34,316 nt of DNA from Burkholderiales bacterium (GCA_041620115.1 JBFKCU010000002.1:1-34316); one strand, 5' to 3'; positions 10,543 through 19,613 are shown, numbered from the stretch's first letter. Notes: generated by a model not told the origin, from the letters alone. Numbers and translations are program-made.

Positions 10543-10547
10543 CGCTC

Positions 10548-11240
10548 TCACGGTCGCGCTTGTTCCCTGCGGGCGTAACGCTGCAGCAGGCGGATGATTT
10601 CGGCGGTGTCGAGTTCGGGACTGGTGCGCAGTGCGCTCACGCCTACGACCGTATTGGCCCAGGCCATGTGGCCGCGCATGCGCTGCACCACCTTGGGCCA
10701 TTCGCGCGCGGTATGACGCTGCGGATCCGGCAGCGCATGGCACTGCGAACACGCGATGCTGTACATCTGCCCGGCGGTGCCGTGCAACGCCGGGTGGCGG
10801 GGATCGATTTCCTTTTGCGCGTGTTTTTCCAGATATGCCGCGAGCGTCGCGGCTTCGGCGTCGGTCGGGGCCTGGATGTCGGCCATCATTTCCTTCATCA
10901 GCGCGCCCATGTTGCCCTTGCCCTGCATGCGCCAGACCATGCGTTCGATGATTGGCGTCCAGCGCAGGGCGGTATGCATTTGCGGATTGGGCAGGTAATG
11001 GCATTGCACGCAATAGCGAGTGGCCAGACGCGCACCTTCGCTTTTCGGTTCGGGCAGCTGCGCCGGCGTTACCGACTGCGGCAGGATGCGCTCAAGCATG
11101 CGGCCGTGGGGGCTCTGCGACCACAGGTATTCGGCTTGTGCCACGGTCGGTGCCTCGGCCGCCAGCGCCGGGACGCCGGTCAGCAACGCGGCGGGAAACA
11201 CCAGCGTGAGCAGGCGTATGAACGGGCGGCGTAACTGCAT
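10548..11240 (-). CDS. secreted dihaem c-type cytochrome (internally duplicated)
   Basis: Signal peptide MQLRRPFIRLLTLVFPAALLTGVPALAAEA. Two CXXCH sites sit in repeated modules: YCVQCHYLPNPQMHTALRWTPIIERM and ACSQCHALPDPQRHTAREWPKVVQRM. Confidence 0.65.
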   Translation of the reverse strand: MQLRRPFIRLLTLVFPAALLTGVPALAAEAPTVAQAEYLWSQSPHGRMLERILPQSVTPAQLPEPKSEGARLATRYCVQCHYLPNPQMHTALRWTPIIERMVWRMQGKGNMGALMKEMMADIQAPTDAEAATLAAYLEKHAQKEIDPRHPALHGTAGQMYSIACSQCHALPDPQRHTAREWPKVVQRMRGHMAWANTVVGVSALRTSPELDTAEIIRLLQRYARREQARP

Positions 11241-11275
11241 GGCTGCGACCATGATAACGGAAGTCGGCGGGTGCT

Positions 11276-12436
11276 TTACAGCGTATGCGCGCGGTTGCCG
11301 CGGCGAAAGCCCAGCAAAGGCGCATTCACGCCCCTGCCGAGCGCAATCACTTTGAACAGTTCGCCCATTTCCGCCGGCGACAGCAGTTTCTGCGCCTGCG
11401 CCGCAAGCGGGGCATAACGCGCAACGTCCGTGGCCGGCACCGCGGCGAGCAGGTCGGTGATGCCGCAGTTGATCAGGAACTGCGCCTGACCGGTATAACC
11501 GAGCAGATCCAGGCCGGCGCCGGCGCGGGCTATTGCGCTGAAGTCGACGTGGGCGGTGATGTCCTGCAGGCCGGGCCACAGAAACGGGTCATCGTGTGCA
11601 TGATGGCGGTAATGGCACATCAGCGTGCCGCGATCGCGCTGGGCGTGAAAAAACTCATGCGCAGGAAAACCGTAGTCGACAAACAGCAGTACGCCGGGGC
11701 TGATGCGCTGCGCGAGGTCTGCCACCAGCGCCGGCGCGGCCAGACTGATTTCGGTTTCGTAATCGTCGGGTACATCATGCGCTTGCAGCGCGGCGGCCAG
11801 TGCCGGTGGCGCAAGGCTGCGCTCCCAGACCAGGTGATCGGCACGCGCGGCCACGCCGATTTCCTCGGTTTGACCCGCTTGCATGCGCACGCGATGCACC
11901 GGCATCGCATCAAGCACTTCATTACCGAGGACCACGGCGTGCAGGCGTTCCGGCAGACGCTCCAGCCACAGCACACGATCCGCAAACTGCGGCACGGTGG
12001 CGGCGAGATGCGCCTGCTGCCGTTCGCGCAGGTCGGCACTGACTTCAAGGATCATGTATTGCCGGGGCAGGTGGCCGAGCAGCGCGAGTTCGTCCAGCAA
12101 CACGGCGGCGAGGGCGCCGCTGCCGGCGCCAAGCTCGATGATGTCCGGACATTGATGTGGCACCAGTTCCGCGAGCTGCCGCGCCAGCGCGCGGCCGAAT
12201 AATGTGGACAACTCCGGCGCGGTGATGAAATCGCCGGCGGCACCGAGTTTGCGGCTGCCTGCACTGTAGTAACCCAGGCCCGGCGCATACAACGCCAGTT
12301 CCATGTAACGTGCAAAACTGATCCAGCCGCCCGCTGACTCGATTTCCCGGCGTATCAGGGCCGTCAGTTCCGCGCTCAGTGCGAGCGCATCGGCGGGCGG
12401 CGGCGGAAGTTCGGCGTTCTGCTGCTGAAGGGTCAC
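11276..12436 (-). CDS. class I SAM-dependent methyltransferase, MidA/NDUFAF7 (DUF185) family
   Basis: ISFARYMELALYAPGLGYYS, FITAPELS, the SAM-binding IIELGAGSGALA, and FVDYGF. The GTG at 12436 is chosen as start because upstream ATGs would overlap the divergent gene. Confidence 0.7.
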   Translation of the reverse strand: MTLQQQNAELPPPPADALALSAELTALIRREIESAGGWISFARYMELALYAPGLGYYSAGSRKLGAAGDFITAPELSTLFGRALARQLAELVPHQCPDIIELGAGSGALAAVLLDELALLGHLPRQYMILEVSADLRERQQAHLAATVPQFADRVLWLERLPERLHAVVLGNEVLDAMPVHRVRMQAGQTEEIGVAARADHLVWERSLAPPALAAALQAHDVPDDYETEISLAAPALVADLAQRISPGVLLFVDYGFPAHEFFHAQRDRGTLMCHYRHHAHDDPFLWPGLQDITAHVDFSAIARAGAGLDLLGYTGQAQFLINCGITDLLAAVPATDVARYAPLAAQAQKLLSPAEMGELFKVIALGRGVNAPLLGFRRGNRAHTL

Positions 12437-12512
12437 CGCAGAATAATACGATAAAATAAACAATGAATTACGACAGGCGGCACCGCGGGCAACGCGGACC
12501 GTGCGACAGGCC

Positions 12513-13262
12513 ATGAGTAGTGCGTTGACGGGAAAGGCGGTGTTGGTCACCGGTGGCGCGCGACGGGTGGGCGCGGCGATCTGCCGCGAGTTGCATGCGG
12601 CCGGCGCTAATGTCGTGTTGCATTACCATCGCTCGAGCGACGATGCGGAGGCGGTCGTGCGCGAGTTGAACACGCAGCGTGCGGAGTCTGCAGTGCCGCT
12701 GTGTGCAGACCTGCTGAGCCCGGGGGCGTTGCCGCAACTGGTGAGCAGCGCGGTGACAGCCTTTGGCCGGCTCGATGTGCTGGTCAACAATGCTTCAAGC
12801 TTTTATCCGACGCCGGTAGGTGAGGTGAGCGAGCAGGCGTGGGACGATCTGATCGGTACAAACCTGAAGGCGCCACTGTTTTTGTCGCAGGCTGTGGCAC
12901 CGGAACTGCGCCGGACCCGGGGGTGCATCATCAATATCATCGACATCCATGCCGAACGGCCGATGAAGAATCATTTGGTCTACAACGCGGCCAAGGGTGG
13001 ACTGCTGGCGCTGACGCGGGCGCTGGCCCGGGATCTCGGACCGCAGGTGCGGGTTAACGGCGTGTCGCCCGGGACCATACTCTGGCCTGATGATCCCGCG
13101 TGGCAGAATGAAAGCGAGCGGCAGCGCATCATCGACCAGACGCTGCTCAAGCGCACCGGCGCGCCGGCAGATATTGCGCAGGCGGTCGCGTTTCTCGCGT
13201 CAGCGCCGTATGTCACGGGGCAGATCGTCGCGGTCGACGGCGGGCGCAGCATCGTGCTGTGA
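12513..13262 (+). CDS. pteridine reductase-like short-chain dehydrogenase
   Basis: [24 protein letters not shown], and the catalytic VYNAAKGG (YxxxK). Confidence 0.75.
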   Translation: MSSALTGKAVLVTGGARRVGAAICRELHAAGANVVLHYHRSSDDAEAVVRELNTQRAESAVPLCADLLSPGALPQLVSSAVTAFGRLDVLVNNASSFYPTPVGEVSEQAWDDLIGTNLKAPLFLSQAVAPELRRTRGCIINIIDIHAERPMKNHLVYNAAKGGLLALTRALARDLGPQVRVNGVSPGTILWPDDPAWQNESERQRIIDQTLLKRTGAPADIAQAVAFLASAPYVTGQIVAVDGGRSIVL

Positions 13263-13270
13263 GGCGCACC

Positions 13271-14260
13271 ATGCGCGGACTATCGGACGGAAGAGTCTCG
13301 AACGAAACGGCTTTGAACGAAAAAGCTTTGAGCGAAAAAGCGGTTGGAAGTAATCCTGCGTCCTCCGCGCAACCGGATCGGATTTTTATGGAAACACAAA
13401 TCGTGCACATCACGCCGCGCAGCAATCGCGAGCGCAAGGCGTCATTCGAGTCGAACAAGCTGGCGAAGCGTTTGCGCCGCCAGGTCGGGCAGGCGATTGC
13501 CGATTTCGACATGATCCGGGCAGGAGACAAGGTCATGGTGTGCCTGTCGGGCGGCAAGGACAGCTACGCGCTGCTCGACATACTGCTGCATCTGCGCAGC
13601 CGCGCACCGATCGAATTCGAACTGGTCGCCGTCAACCTCGACCAGAAGCAACCGGGATTTCCCGAGCATGTGCTGCCCGAGTACCTGACGCGCCTGGGCG
13701 TGCCGTTCCACATCGAGGCGCAGGACACTTACAGCATCGTCAAGCGGGTCGTCCCCGAGGGCAAGACCATGTGTTCGCTGTGTTCACGCCTGCGTCGCGG
13801 CGTGCTCTACCGCGTTGCACAGGAACTGGGCGCGACCAAGATCGCGCTGGGCCATCATCGCGACGACATTCTTGAGACGTTTTTTCTGAACATGTTTTAC
13901 GGCGGCAAGCTCAAAGCCATGCCGCCGAAGCTGGTGTCGGACGACGGGCGCAATGTGGTCATTCGTCCGTTGGCCTACTGCGAGGAAAGCGACCTTGAGG
14001 CGTATGCGGACCTGCGGCAGTTCCCCATCATCCCGTGCACGCTGTGCGGATCCCAGGAAACGCTGAAGCGCAAGGAAGTGAAGGCGTTATTGCGCGACTG
14101 GGAGCGGCGCTATCCTGGACGTATCGAAACCATGCTGACCAGCATCCAGAACGTCAGGCCATCGCACCTGCTCGACCGGTCCTTGTTTGATTTTGCTGCC
14201 GTGCGCGCCTCCGGCACACCGGTCGCCGACGGCGACACCGCATTCGATACTGAAGGCTGA
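13271..14260 (+). CDS. ttcA: tRNA 2-thiocytidine(32) synthetase TtcA
   Basis: [18 protein letters not shown], the PP-loop VCLSGGKDS, and the Cys motifs [10 protein letters not shown] and CTLCGSQ. ATG 13271 has GAGG 6 nt upstream. Alternative starts are GTG 13259 (GTGA overlap with the previous stop) and ATG 13388, which would give an E. coli-length N-terminus. Confidence 0.85.
   Translation: MRGLSDGRVSNETALNEKALSEKAVGSNPASSAQPDRIFMETQIVHITPRSNRERKASFESNKLAKRLRRQVGQAIADFDMIRAGDKVMVCLSGGKDSYALLDILLHLRSRAPIEFELVAVNLDQKQPGFPEHVLPEYLTRLGVPFHIEAQDTYSIVKRVVPEGKTMCSLCSRLRRGVLYRVAQELGATKIALGHHRDDILETFFLNMFYGGKLKAMPPKLVSDDGRNVVIRPLAYCEESDLEAYADLRQFPIIPCTLCGSQETLKRKEVKALLRDWERRYPGRIETMLTSIQNVRPSHLLDRSLFDFAAVRASGTPVADGDTAFDTEG
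13300..13345 (+). repeat. three tandem imperfect 15-nt repeats (GAACGAAACGGCTTT / GAACGAAAAAGCTTT / GAGCGAAAAAGCGGTT)
   Basis: Seen directly in the sequence. If the long ttcA start is used, they are in frame and encode [15 protein letters not shown]. Confidence 0.7.
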
Positions 14261-14274
14261 ACCGGCCCGCCGGG

Positions 14275-14296
14275 CGCGGGGCGTTGCCGCCCCGCG
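14275..14296. terminator. 9-bp GC hairpin between convergent ttcA and the Bug-family gene
   Basis: CGCGGGGCG-TTGC-CGCCCCGCG. There is only a weak T tail on either side. Confidence 0.4.
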
Positions 14297-14306
14297 GTTC
14301 CGTTAC

Positions 14307-15284
14307 TTACATGTTGTCGCCGGAAATGCCGTAGGTCTTGACGGCCTTGCTCCAGCGGGCAATTTCCGCGCGCATGAATTTGTCGAATTCCGCCGGCGTG
14401 GTCGGCACCGGGTCGTAGCCGCGCGAGCGCAGCAGGTTGCCGGCTTCGCCGTTGAGCACGGTGGTCACCGCTTTGTTGAGTGTGGCAATCGCCGGCTTGG
14501 GCATGGCAATCGGGCCCATCAGGCCGTACCAGCCGGCGATGACGAAGCCTTTGTAGCCCTGCTCGGAGAGCGTCGGCACCTCCGCCAGTTGCGGTGTGCG
14601 TTTGGCCGTGGTTACCGCCAGTGCGCGCAGCTTGCCGGCCTTGATCTGCGGGATGGCCGCGCCCGGACCGGAGAACAGGGTTTGTACCTCGCCACCCACT
14701 GCGGCAGCCACTGAAGGGCCCGAGCCGCGGTAAGGGATATGCGTCAGCTTGACCTTGGCCGTCTGGAAAAAGGCTTCCTGGGCCACGTGTGCAGTGACGT
14801 TGCCCGAGCCGAAGTTCAGCGCATTGGGCTTGCTTTGCGCGAGCTTGATGAACTCGGCCAGCGTGCGTGCCTGCACGCTCGGATGCACGGTCATGATGTA
14901 CGGCTGTTCAATCAACTGGCTGATGCCGGCGAAGTCGCGCGCCACATCAAAACTCAGTTTGGGCATCAGCGCCGGCGCCACGGCCGTGGCGCCGATTTCG
15001 GCGATCACCAGCGTGTAACCGTCGGGATTGGCTTGCGCGGCGATGGCGGTACCCAGGCTGCCTTGTGCGCCGCCGCGGTTGTCGATCAGGATCTGCTGGC
15101 CCAGCGCCGCGCTCAGTGAGGGCTGCATCGTGCGCGATACCAAGTCCGTGCCGCCGCCGGGCGGGAACGGCACAATCAGGCGTATGGGTTTGGTCGGGTA
15201 AGCGTCAGCCTGCGCGGCAAAGGCACCGGCAGCGCCGAATCCTGTCAGACAAACGGCGACGGCCGCTGAGACGAGACGGATCAT
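14307..15284 (-). CDS. Bug-family (TctC-like) tripartite tricarboxylate transporter substrate-binding protein
   Basis: Signal peptide followed by YPTKPIRLIVPFPPGGGTDLVSR, IDNRGGAQG, and about 325 aa. AAGGAG lies upstream of the ATG. Confidence 0.85.
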   Translation of the reverse strand: MIRLVSAAVAVCLTGFGAAGAFAAQADAYPTKPIRLIVPFPPGGGTDLVSRTMQPSLSAALGQQILIDNRGGAQGSLGTAIAAQANPDGYTLVIAEIGATAVAPALMPKLSFDVARDFAGISQLIEQPYIMTVHPSVQARTLAEFIKLAQSKPNALNFGSGNVTAHVAQEAFFQTAKVKLTHIPYRGSGPSVAAAVGGEVQTLFSGPGAAIPQIKAGKLRALAVTTAKRTPQLAEVPTLSEQGYKGFVIAGWYGLMGPIAMPKPAIATLNKAVTTVLNGEAGNLLRSRGYDPVPTTPAEFDKFMRAEIARWSKAVKTYGISGDNM

Positions 15285-15426
15285 GCGGAAGACTCCTTAT
15301 GGTGTGGGCCCAAAAACCCCACATTACCATGACTTCGGCGCTGTGCCACGCCGATTGATCATCAGCGTGACAAATAAAAGCATTTAAAAACAACAACTTA
15401 TAAAAACAAGCCGGCGAGAGACTGTC

Positions 15427-15455
15427 TTGTCAAAATAAATTTGCCATGATAAATT
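15427..15455 (+). promoter_or_regulatory. candidate sigma70 promoter (TTGTCA-17 nt-TAAATT) in an AT-rich spacer
   Basis: -35 at 15427-15432, -10 at 15450-15455, about 50 nt upstream of the ATG at 15507. Confidence 0.4.
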
Positions 15456-15506
15456 CCACGCTCGCATCCCTTTCCAAATTTACGCATTCCGTCAGTCCAC
15501 AACCTT

Positions 15507-15773
15507 ATGAATTGCGCCACCCGATTGGTCGAAATCTTCGGCAGCCAGGCCGAAGTCGCGCGGCGCTTCTGCCTCGACCGCGCGGTCGTCAATCATTGGG
15601 TGAAAGTGGGCTATGTCCCCGCGCGCTGGGCCATGGAGGTCGAGCAGGTCACCGGCGGCCAGATTGCCGCGGTCGACGTGCTCAACGAAGCGACGGCATG
15701 CAAGCCGCTGAAACTCAAATCGCGGCCCGACGGTGAAAATTTTGTCGATTCGACGTTAACCAGGAGTATCGCC
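15507..15773 (+). CDS. Cro/YdaS-like helix-turn-helix reading frame with no stop codon of its own (continues in frame into the aminotransferase)
   Basis: FGSQAEVARRFCLDRAVVNHWVKVGYVPARWAMEVEQVTGGQI resembles the YdaS/Cro-type HTH, recalled from memory. No SD precedes ATG 15507. The frame stays open through to 17027. Confidence 0.45.
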
Positions 15774-17027
15774 ATGAATCCCTACGCCCCCTCGAAACGT
15801 ATTGGGTCTTTCCATCCGCCACGTCGCACTCTGATGGGCCCGGGGCCGACGGAGATCCATCCGCGCGTGCTGACCACGATGAGCCAGCCCGCGATCGGCT
15901 ATCTCGATCCGGTTTTCGTCGAGATGATGGACGAACTCAAGGCGCTGCTGCGTTACGCCTATCAGACCAAGAATCCGCTGACGTTTCCGATTTCGGGTCC
16001 CGGCTCGGTGGGCATGGAATACTGTTTCGTCAACCTGGTGTCGCCCGGCGACAAGGTCATTGTGTGCCGCAACGGCGTGTTCGGCGGCCGCATGATCGAA
16101 AACGTCGAGCGCTGCGGCGGCATTCCGGTCGTGGTCGAGGACAAGTGGGGTGAGCCGGTTGATCCGCAAAAACTGGAAGATGCGCTGAAGAAGAATCCGG
16201 ACGTGCGGGTGGTTGCGTTTGTGCACGCGGAAACCTCGACCGGCGTGTTGTCGGATGCCAAGACACTGGTCGCCATCGCGCACAAATACAACGCGCTGAC
16301 CATCGTCGATGCCGTGACCTCGCTCGGTGGGTCACCGGTGCTGGTTGATGAATGGGGTATCGATGCGGCCTATTCGGCCAGCCAGAAATGCCTGTCGTGC
16401 ACGCCGGGCCTGTCGCCGGTCACATTCTCGGAAAAGGTGGTCGACTACGTCAAGGCACGCAAGGACAAGATTCACAGCTGGTTCATGGACATGAACCTGC
16501 TGCTCGGTTACTGGGGCGAATCCACCCGCACGTATCATCACACTGCGCCGACCAATTCGTTGTTTGCGCTGCACGAAGCGCTGCTGCTCATCCGCGAAGA
16601 GGGTCTCGAGAATGCCTGGGCCCGCGTCCGCCGCGACCATGTCGCGCTCAAGGCAGGCATCGAAGCCATGGGGCTCAAGTTCTTCGTCCAGGAGCAATAT
16701 CAGATTCCGCAGATGAATGCGGTGCTGTGCCCCGACGTCAACGAGGCCGAGGTGCGCAAACGCCTGCTGTCCGAATTCAGCATCGAGATCGGTGCCGGAC
16801 TGGGGCCGCTGGCCGGCAAGATCTGGCGCTTCGGCCTGATGGGTTATTCCTGCCGTCCGGCCAACGTCATGCTGTGCCTCTCTGCACTGGGCTCAGTACT
16901 CGATGACATGGGCTATCCGGTGCACGTCGGCGATGCCGAGGCGGCCGCGCATGGCGCCTACGCGGCGATGCATGCTGAAGAAGCGAAATCGAAAAAGAAG
17001 CGGGACGCCGTAAAAGCGGCGGCCTAG
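15774..17027 (+). CDS. class V aminotransferase (alanine-glyoxylate / serine-pyruvate aminotransferase family)
   Basis: LMGPGPTEIHPRVL, VHAETSTGV, the PLP-lysine motif YSASQKCL, and RFGLMG. AGGAG (15762-15766) lies 7 nt upstream of ATG 15774. Confidence 0.8.
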   Translation: MNPYAPSKRIGSFHPPRRTLMGPGPTEIHPRVLTTMSQPAIGYLDPVFVEMMDELKALLRYAYQTKNPLTFPISGPGSVGMEYCFVNLVSPGDKVIVCRNGVFGGRMIENVERCGGIPVVVEDKWGEPVDPQKLEDALKKNPDVRVVAFVHAETSTGVLSDAKTLVAIAHKYNALTIVDAVTSLGGSPVLVDEWGIDAAYSASQKCLSCTPGLSPVTFSEKVVDYVKARKDKIHSWFMDMNLLLGYWGESTRTYHHTAPTNSLFALHEALLLIREEGLENAWARVRRDHVALKAGIEAMGLKFFVQEQYQIPQMNAVLCPDVNEAEVRKRLLSEFSIEIGAGLGPLAGKIWRFGLMGYSCRPANVMLCLSALGSVLDDMGYPVHVGDAEAAAHGAYAAMHAEEAKSKKKRDAVKAAA

Positions 17028-17039
17028 GCACTTCCTCTT

Positions 17040-17420
17040 CTATGCCCTACCGGCCGCCGCGAGCGGCCGGTTTTTTTCGCGTGCTGCGGCTTTTGCACTC
17101 AATGCCGCCGCGACGGCAAGCCGGGCCCATGGACGCATCAGTTGCGGCGATTCCATTGCTTCGTCCGGGGCGCTCCAGAACTGCAGGGCCATCATCCGGC
17201 CCTGCCCGGTGTAGTGAAAAAGCGTGCTGCCCGCCGTCTCGAATTCGCCTACGGTTCGTGCGTCGGCCTTGAGATAAAGCACGTCGCCAGCAATGATACC
17301 GATGAACAGTCCGTCCAGATAAACACCATGGCCGCCAAACATCCGCCGCGTGGCCACCGCACCCGCGCCGGCCAGCAGCTCGCTGACCAGGGTCACGAAG
17401 CTGCGGCTGACGGCAGCCAC
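17040..17420 (-). CDS. TfoX/Sxy N-terminal-domain family protein
   Basis: 126 aa with ATRRMFGGHGVYLDGLFIGII. GTG start at 17420, 4 nt after the mgtE stop. Confidence 0.7.
   Translation of the reverse strand: MAAVSRSFVTLVSELLAGAGAVATRRMFGGHGVYLDGLFIGIIAGDVLYLKADARTVGEFETAGSTLFHYTGQGRMMALQFWSAPDEAMESPQLMRPWARLAVAAALSAKAAAREKNRPLAAAGRA
17050..17077 (+). terminator. intrinsic terminator of the aminotransferase gene
   Basis: CCGGCCGC-CGCGA-GCGGCCGG followed by TTTTTTT, 23 nt after the TAG stop. It lies inside the last codons of the convergent tfoX-like ORF. Confidence 0.7.
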
Positions 17421-17424
17421 GGGC

Positions 17425-18657
17425 TCAGATCAGCAGCGCGGCGAGGCCCAGCAGCAAGCCCATGCTGACCACGTCTGTGGCCGTGGTCAGGAATATGCTG
17501 GAAGCCGTTGCCGGATCAAAGCCGAAACGTTTCAGTGTCAGCGGCACCATGGCACCGGAAATCCCGCTGGCGACGCAACTGCCGACGAGGGCGATCCACA
17601 CCACGAGGCCGAGCAGCAGTGCGTTGGGATTCTGCTGATACGTCGCCACGATGAACATGCCGAGCGCGGCCACCAGTCCGGTAAAAGCGCCGTTCAACGC
17701 ACCCAACGACGCTTCCTTTACGACCAGTGCCCGTTCCTGGCCGGCCTTCAACTCGCCCAGCGTCATGCCGCGCAAGGTCACGGCCAGCGCCTGGCAGCCG
17801 GTATTGCCGGACTGGCCGGCCAGCACCGGCAGGAACAACGCGAGTATCACCAGGCGGTCCACCGTGTCCTGGAAAATGGCGACAACCGCACCGGCAACGA
17901 ACGCCGTGGCGAGATTGATCTGCAGCCACGGATGGCGGAATCTGAAGCTGCTTTTCAACGGCGTTGCCAGCCGTTCTTCCTTCTCGATGCCCACCATGCT
18001 GCCGACCTGGGCCGTGATCTCAAAGGCCTGTTCTTCGAACATCGTCTGGCCGCGCACCAGTCCGAGCAGCACCCCGTCTTTGTCGCAAACCGGATAAACC
18101 GGGTAATGACGGTCGAGCACCATCCTCATCGCGCTGGCCAGTTCCAGATCGGGCGACAGGCAGAATGCGTTATGCAGCATGATGGATTCGAGCGACGCCT
18201 GGTCATCAGCGAACAGCAGGTCGCGCATGGTGACGATGCCGAGCAGCTTGCCGGCGTCATCGACGATATAGCCGTAGGTGATGAACGTGCTGCGCACCAG
18301 CGGACGCAACTGATCGACCGTTTCTTTTACCGTCATCTCCGGGTGAAACACGGCCCGGACCGGCTCCATCATGCGTCCGATGGTGCCTTCGACGAATTTC
18401 GCGTTGACACGCCATTGCGCTGCGATAGGCGCAGGCGCGGCATTCATGATGCCGTCGACCAGTCCGCCGGGGAGCTCGCCGATGACATCCTGTGTCAGCG
18501 CCGGACTGAGCAGTTGCAGCACCGAAACGATGGTCGCCGCAGGATATTCGGCGAGGAGTTCCGCAGCCTCTTTGGGTGATCGTGCCTTTGCCGCACGCGC
18601 CAACTCACGGCGGCTTTCTTCACCGGACGTAACGGGCGGATTTCTGGTTTCCTGCAC
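17425..18657 (-). CDS. mgtE: magnesium transporter MgtE
   Basis: An N-domain, a CBS pair (LLGIVTMRDLL, VLLGLVRG), and the membrane-domain motifs LPVLAGQSGNTGCQAL and DPATASSIFLTTATDVVS. GTG start preceded by GGGGAGG. Confidence 0.85.
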   Translation of the reverse strand: MQETRNPPVTSGEESRRELARAAKARSPKEAAELLAEYPAATIVSVLQLLSPALTQDVIGELPGGLVDGIMNAAPAPIAAQWRVNAKFVEGTIGRMMEPVRAVFHPEMTVKETVDQLRPLVRSTFITYGYIVDDAGKLLGIVTMRDLLFADDQASLESIMLHNAFCLSPDLELASAMRMVLDRHYPVYPVCDKDGVLLGLVRGQTMFEEQAFEITAQVGSMVGIEKEERLATPLKSSFRFRHPWLQINLATAFVAGAVVAIFQDTVDRLVILALFLPVLAGQSGNTGCQALAVTLRGMTLGELKAGQERALVVKEASLGALNGAFTGLVAALGMFIVATYQQNPNALLLGLVVWIALVGSCVASGISGAMVPLTLKRFGFDPATASSIFLTTATDVVSMGLLLGLAALLI

Positions 18658-18767
18658 GACGGCCTCCCCTGGGCAATCGGCGCAGATGCGCCAGCGCAGA
18701 GTATAGCGATCGTTATTACTTAACGGCGCAACTTTGTCCGGCGTGCCGCCGGTCGTGGACTAGGGAA

Positions 18768-19613
18768 CTAGAGTCCCAGCCTTTGCCAGATGGTGCTGGT
18801 CAGCCCGGCCTGATTCATGGTGTAGAAGTGCAGGCCCGGCGCCCCGGCCGCGAGCAGGTCGTCGCACAGACGTGTCACCACATCGAGACCAAAGGCTCGA
18901 ACCGAGGTCGTATCGTCGCCATAGCCTTCCAGCTTGCGGCGAATCCAGCGGGGTATTTCAGCGCCACAGGCATCGGAAAAGCGCGCGAGTTGGGAAAAAC
19001 GGCCGATCGGCATGATGCCGGGCACGATGGGAATCGCGAGCCCCATGGCTTCGCACTCGTCGACGAAGTGAAAGTAAGCATCTGCATTGTAGAAATACTG
19101 GGTGATCGCCGAATTCGCACCAGCTTCCACTTTGCGCTTGAAGTTCAGAAGATCATCCTGGGCGTTGCGTGCCTGCGGGTGATATTCAGGATAGGCGGCA
19201 ACCTCGATGTGGAAGTGATTGCCGAATTCCTTGCGAATGAATGCAACCAGCTCGTTGGCGTAGCGAAAATCGCCGGCAGCAGCCAACCCTGAGGGCAGAT
19301 CGCCGCGCAATGCCACCAGATGCGCGATGCCGCTGTCTTTGTAACGATGCAGCATCTCACGTACGCTGTCTCGTGTGGAGGCGACGCATGAAATATGCGG
19401 TGCGGCGGCGTAGCCCTGTTCGCGAATTCCCAGCACGGCGTCCAGCGTCCGTTCCCGTGTCGAGCCTCCCGCCCCGAAGGTCACCGAGAAGAATTTGGGT
19501 TTCAGCTGGGCAAGTTGCTGTGTGGTGGCGCGCAGCTTCTCCACGCCTTCCGGTGTATTGGGCGGAAAGAACTCAAAGCTGAAGGTTCTGGGAAATTTTT
19601 TCTGTGATTCCAT
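18768..19613 (-). CDS. metF: 5,10-methylenetetrahydrofolate reductase
   Basis: FSFEFFPP, FFSVTFGAGGSTRE, HLVALRGD, and ITQYFYNADAYFHFVD. Confidence 0.9.
   Translation of the reverse strand: MESQKKFPRTFSFEFFPPNTPEGVEKLRATTQQLAQLKPKFFSVTFGAGGSTRERTLDAVLGIREQGYAAAPHISCVASTRDSVREMLHRYKDSGIAHLVALRGDLPSGLAAAGDFRYANELVAFIRKEFGNHFHIEVAAYPEYHPQARNAQDDLLNFKRKVEAGANSAITQYFYNADAYFHFVDECEAMGLAIPIVPGIMPIGRFSQLARFSDACGAEIPRWIRRKLEGYGDDTTSVRAFGLDVVTRLCDDLLAAGAPGLHFYTMNQAGLTSTIWQRLGL

Noticed and set aside
10543-11013. N-terminal 157-residue extension of the ADH ORF (the track ORF 9550-11013, 487 aa).
   Set aside because: The extension is Arg/Pro/His-rich junk. It overlaps, in another frame, the cytochrome c gene, which has a proper signal peptide and haem motifs. 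The ADH alignment begins at ATG 10542.
6768-12436. An NDUFA9-like gene and a MidA/NDUFAF7-like gene in the same neighbourhood, as a possible complex I accessory module.
   Set aside because: They are about 3.5 kb apart, on opposite strands, and separated by unrelated genes. Both families are common stand-alone genes in proteobacteria.
15343-15348. A sigma54 promoter upstream of the Bug-family gene (TGGCAC on the minus strand).
   Set aside because: The required TTGC element 5 nt downstream is absent (the sequence reads TGGCACAGCGCCGAAG).
15507-15773. YdaS-like HTH as the antitoxin of a toxin-antitoxin pair.
   Set aside because: No YdaT-like or other small toxin ORF is adjacent. The neighbouring genes are a metabolic aminotransferase and a divergent Bug-family binding protein.
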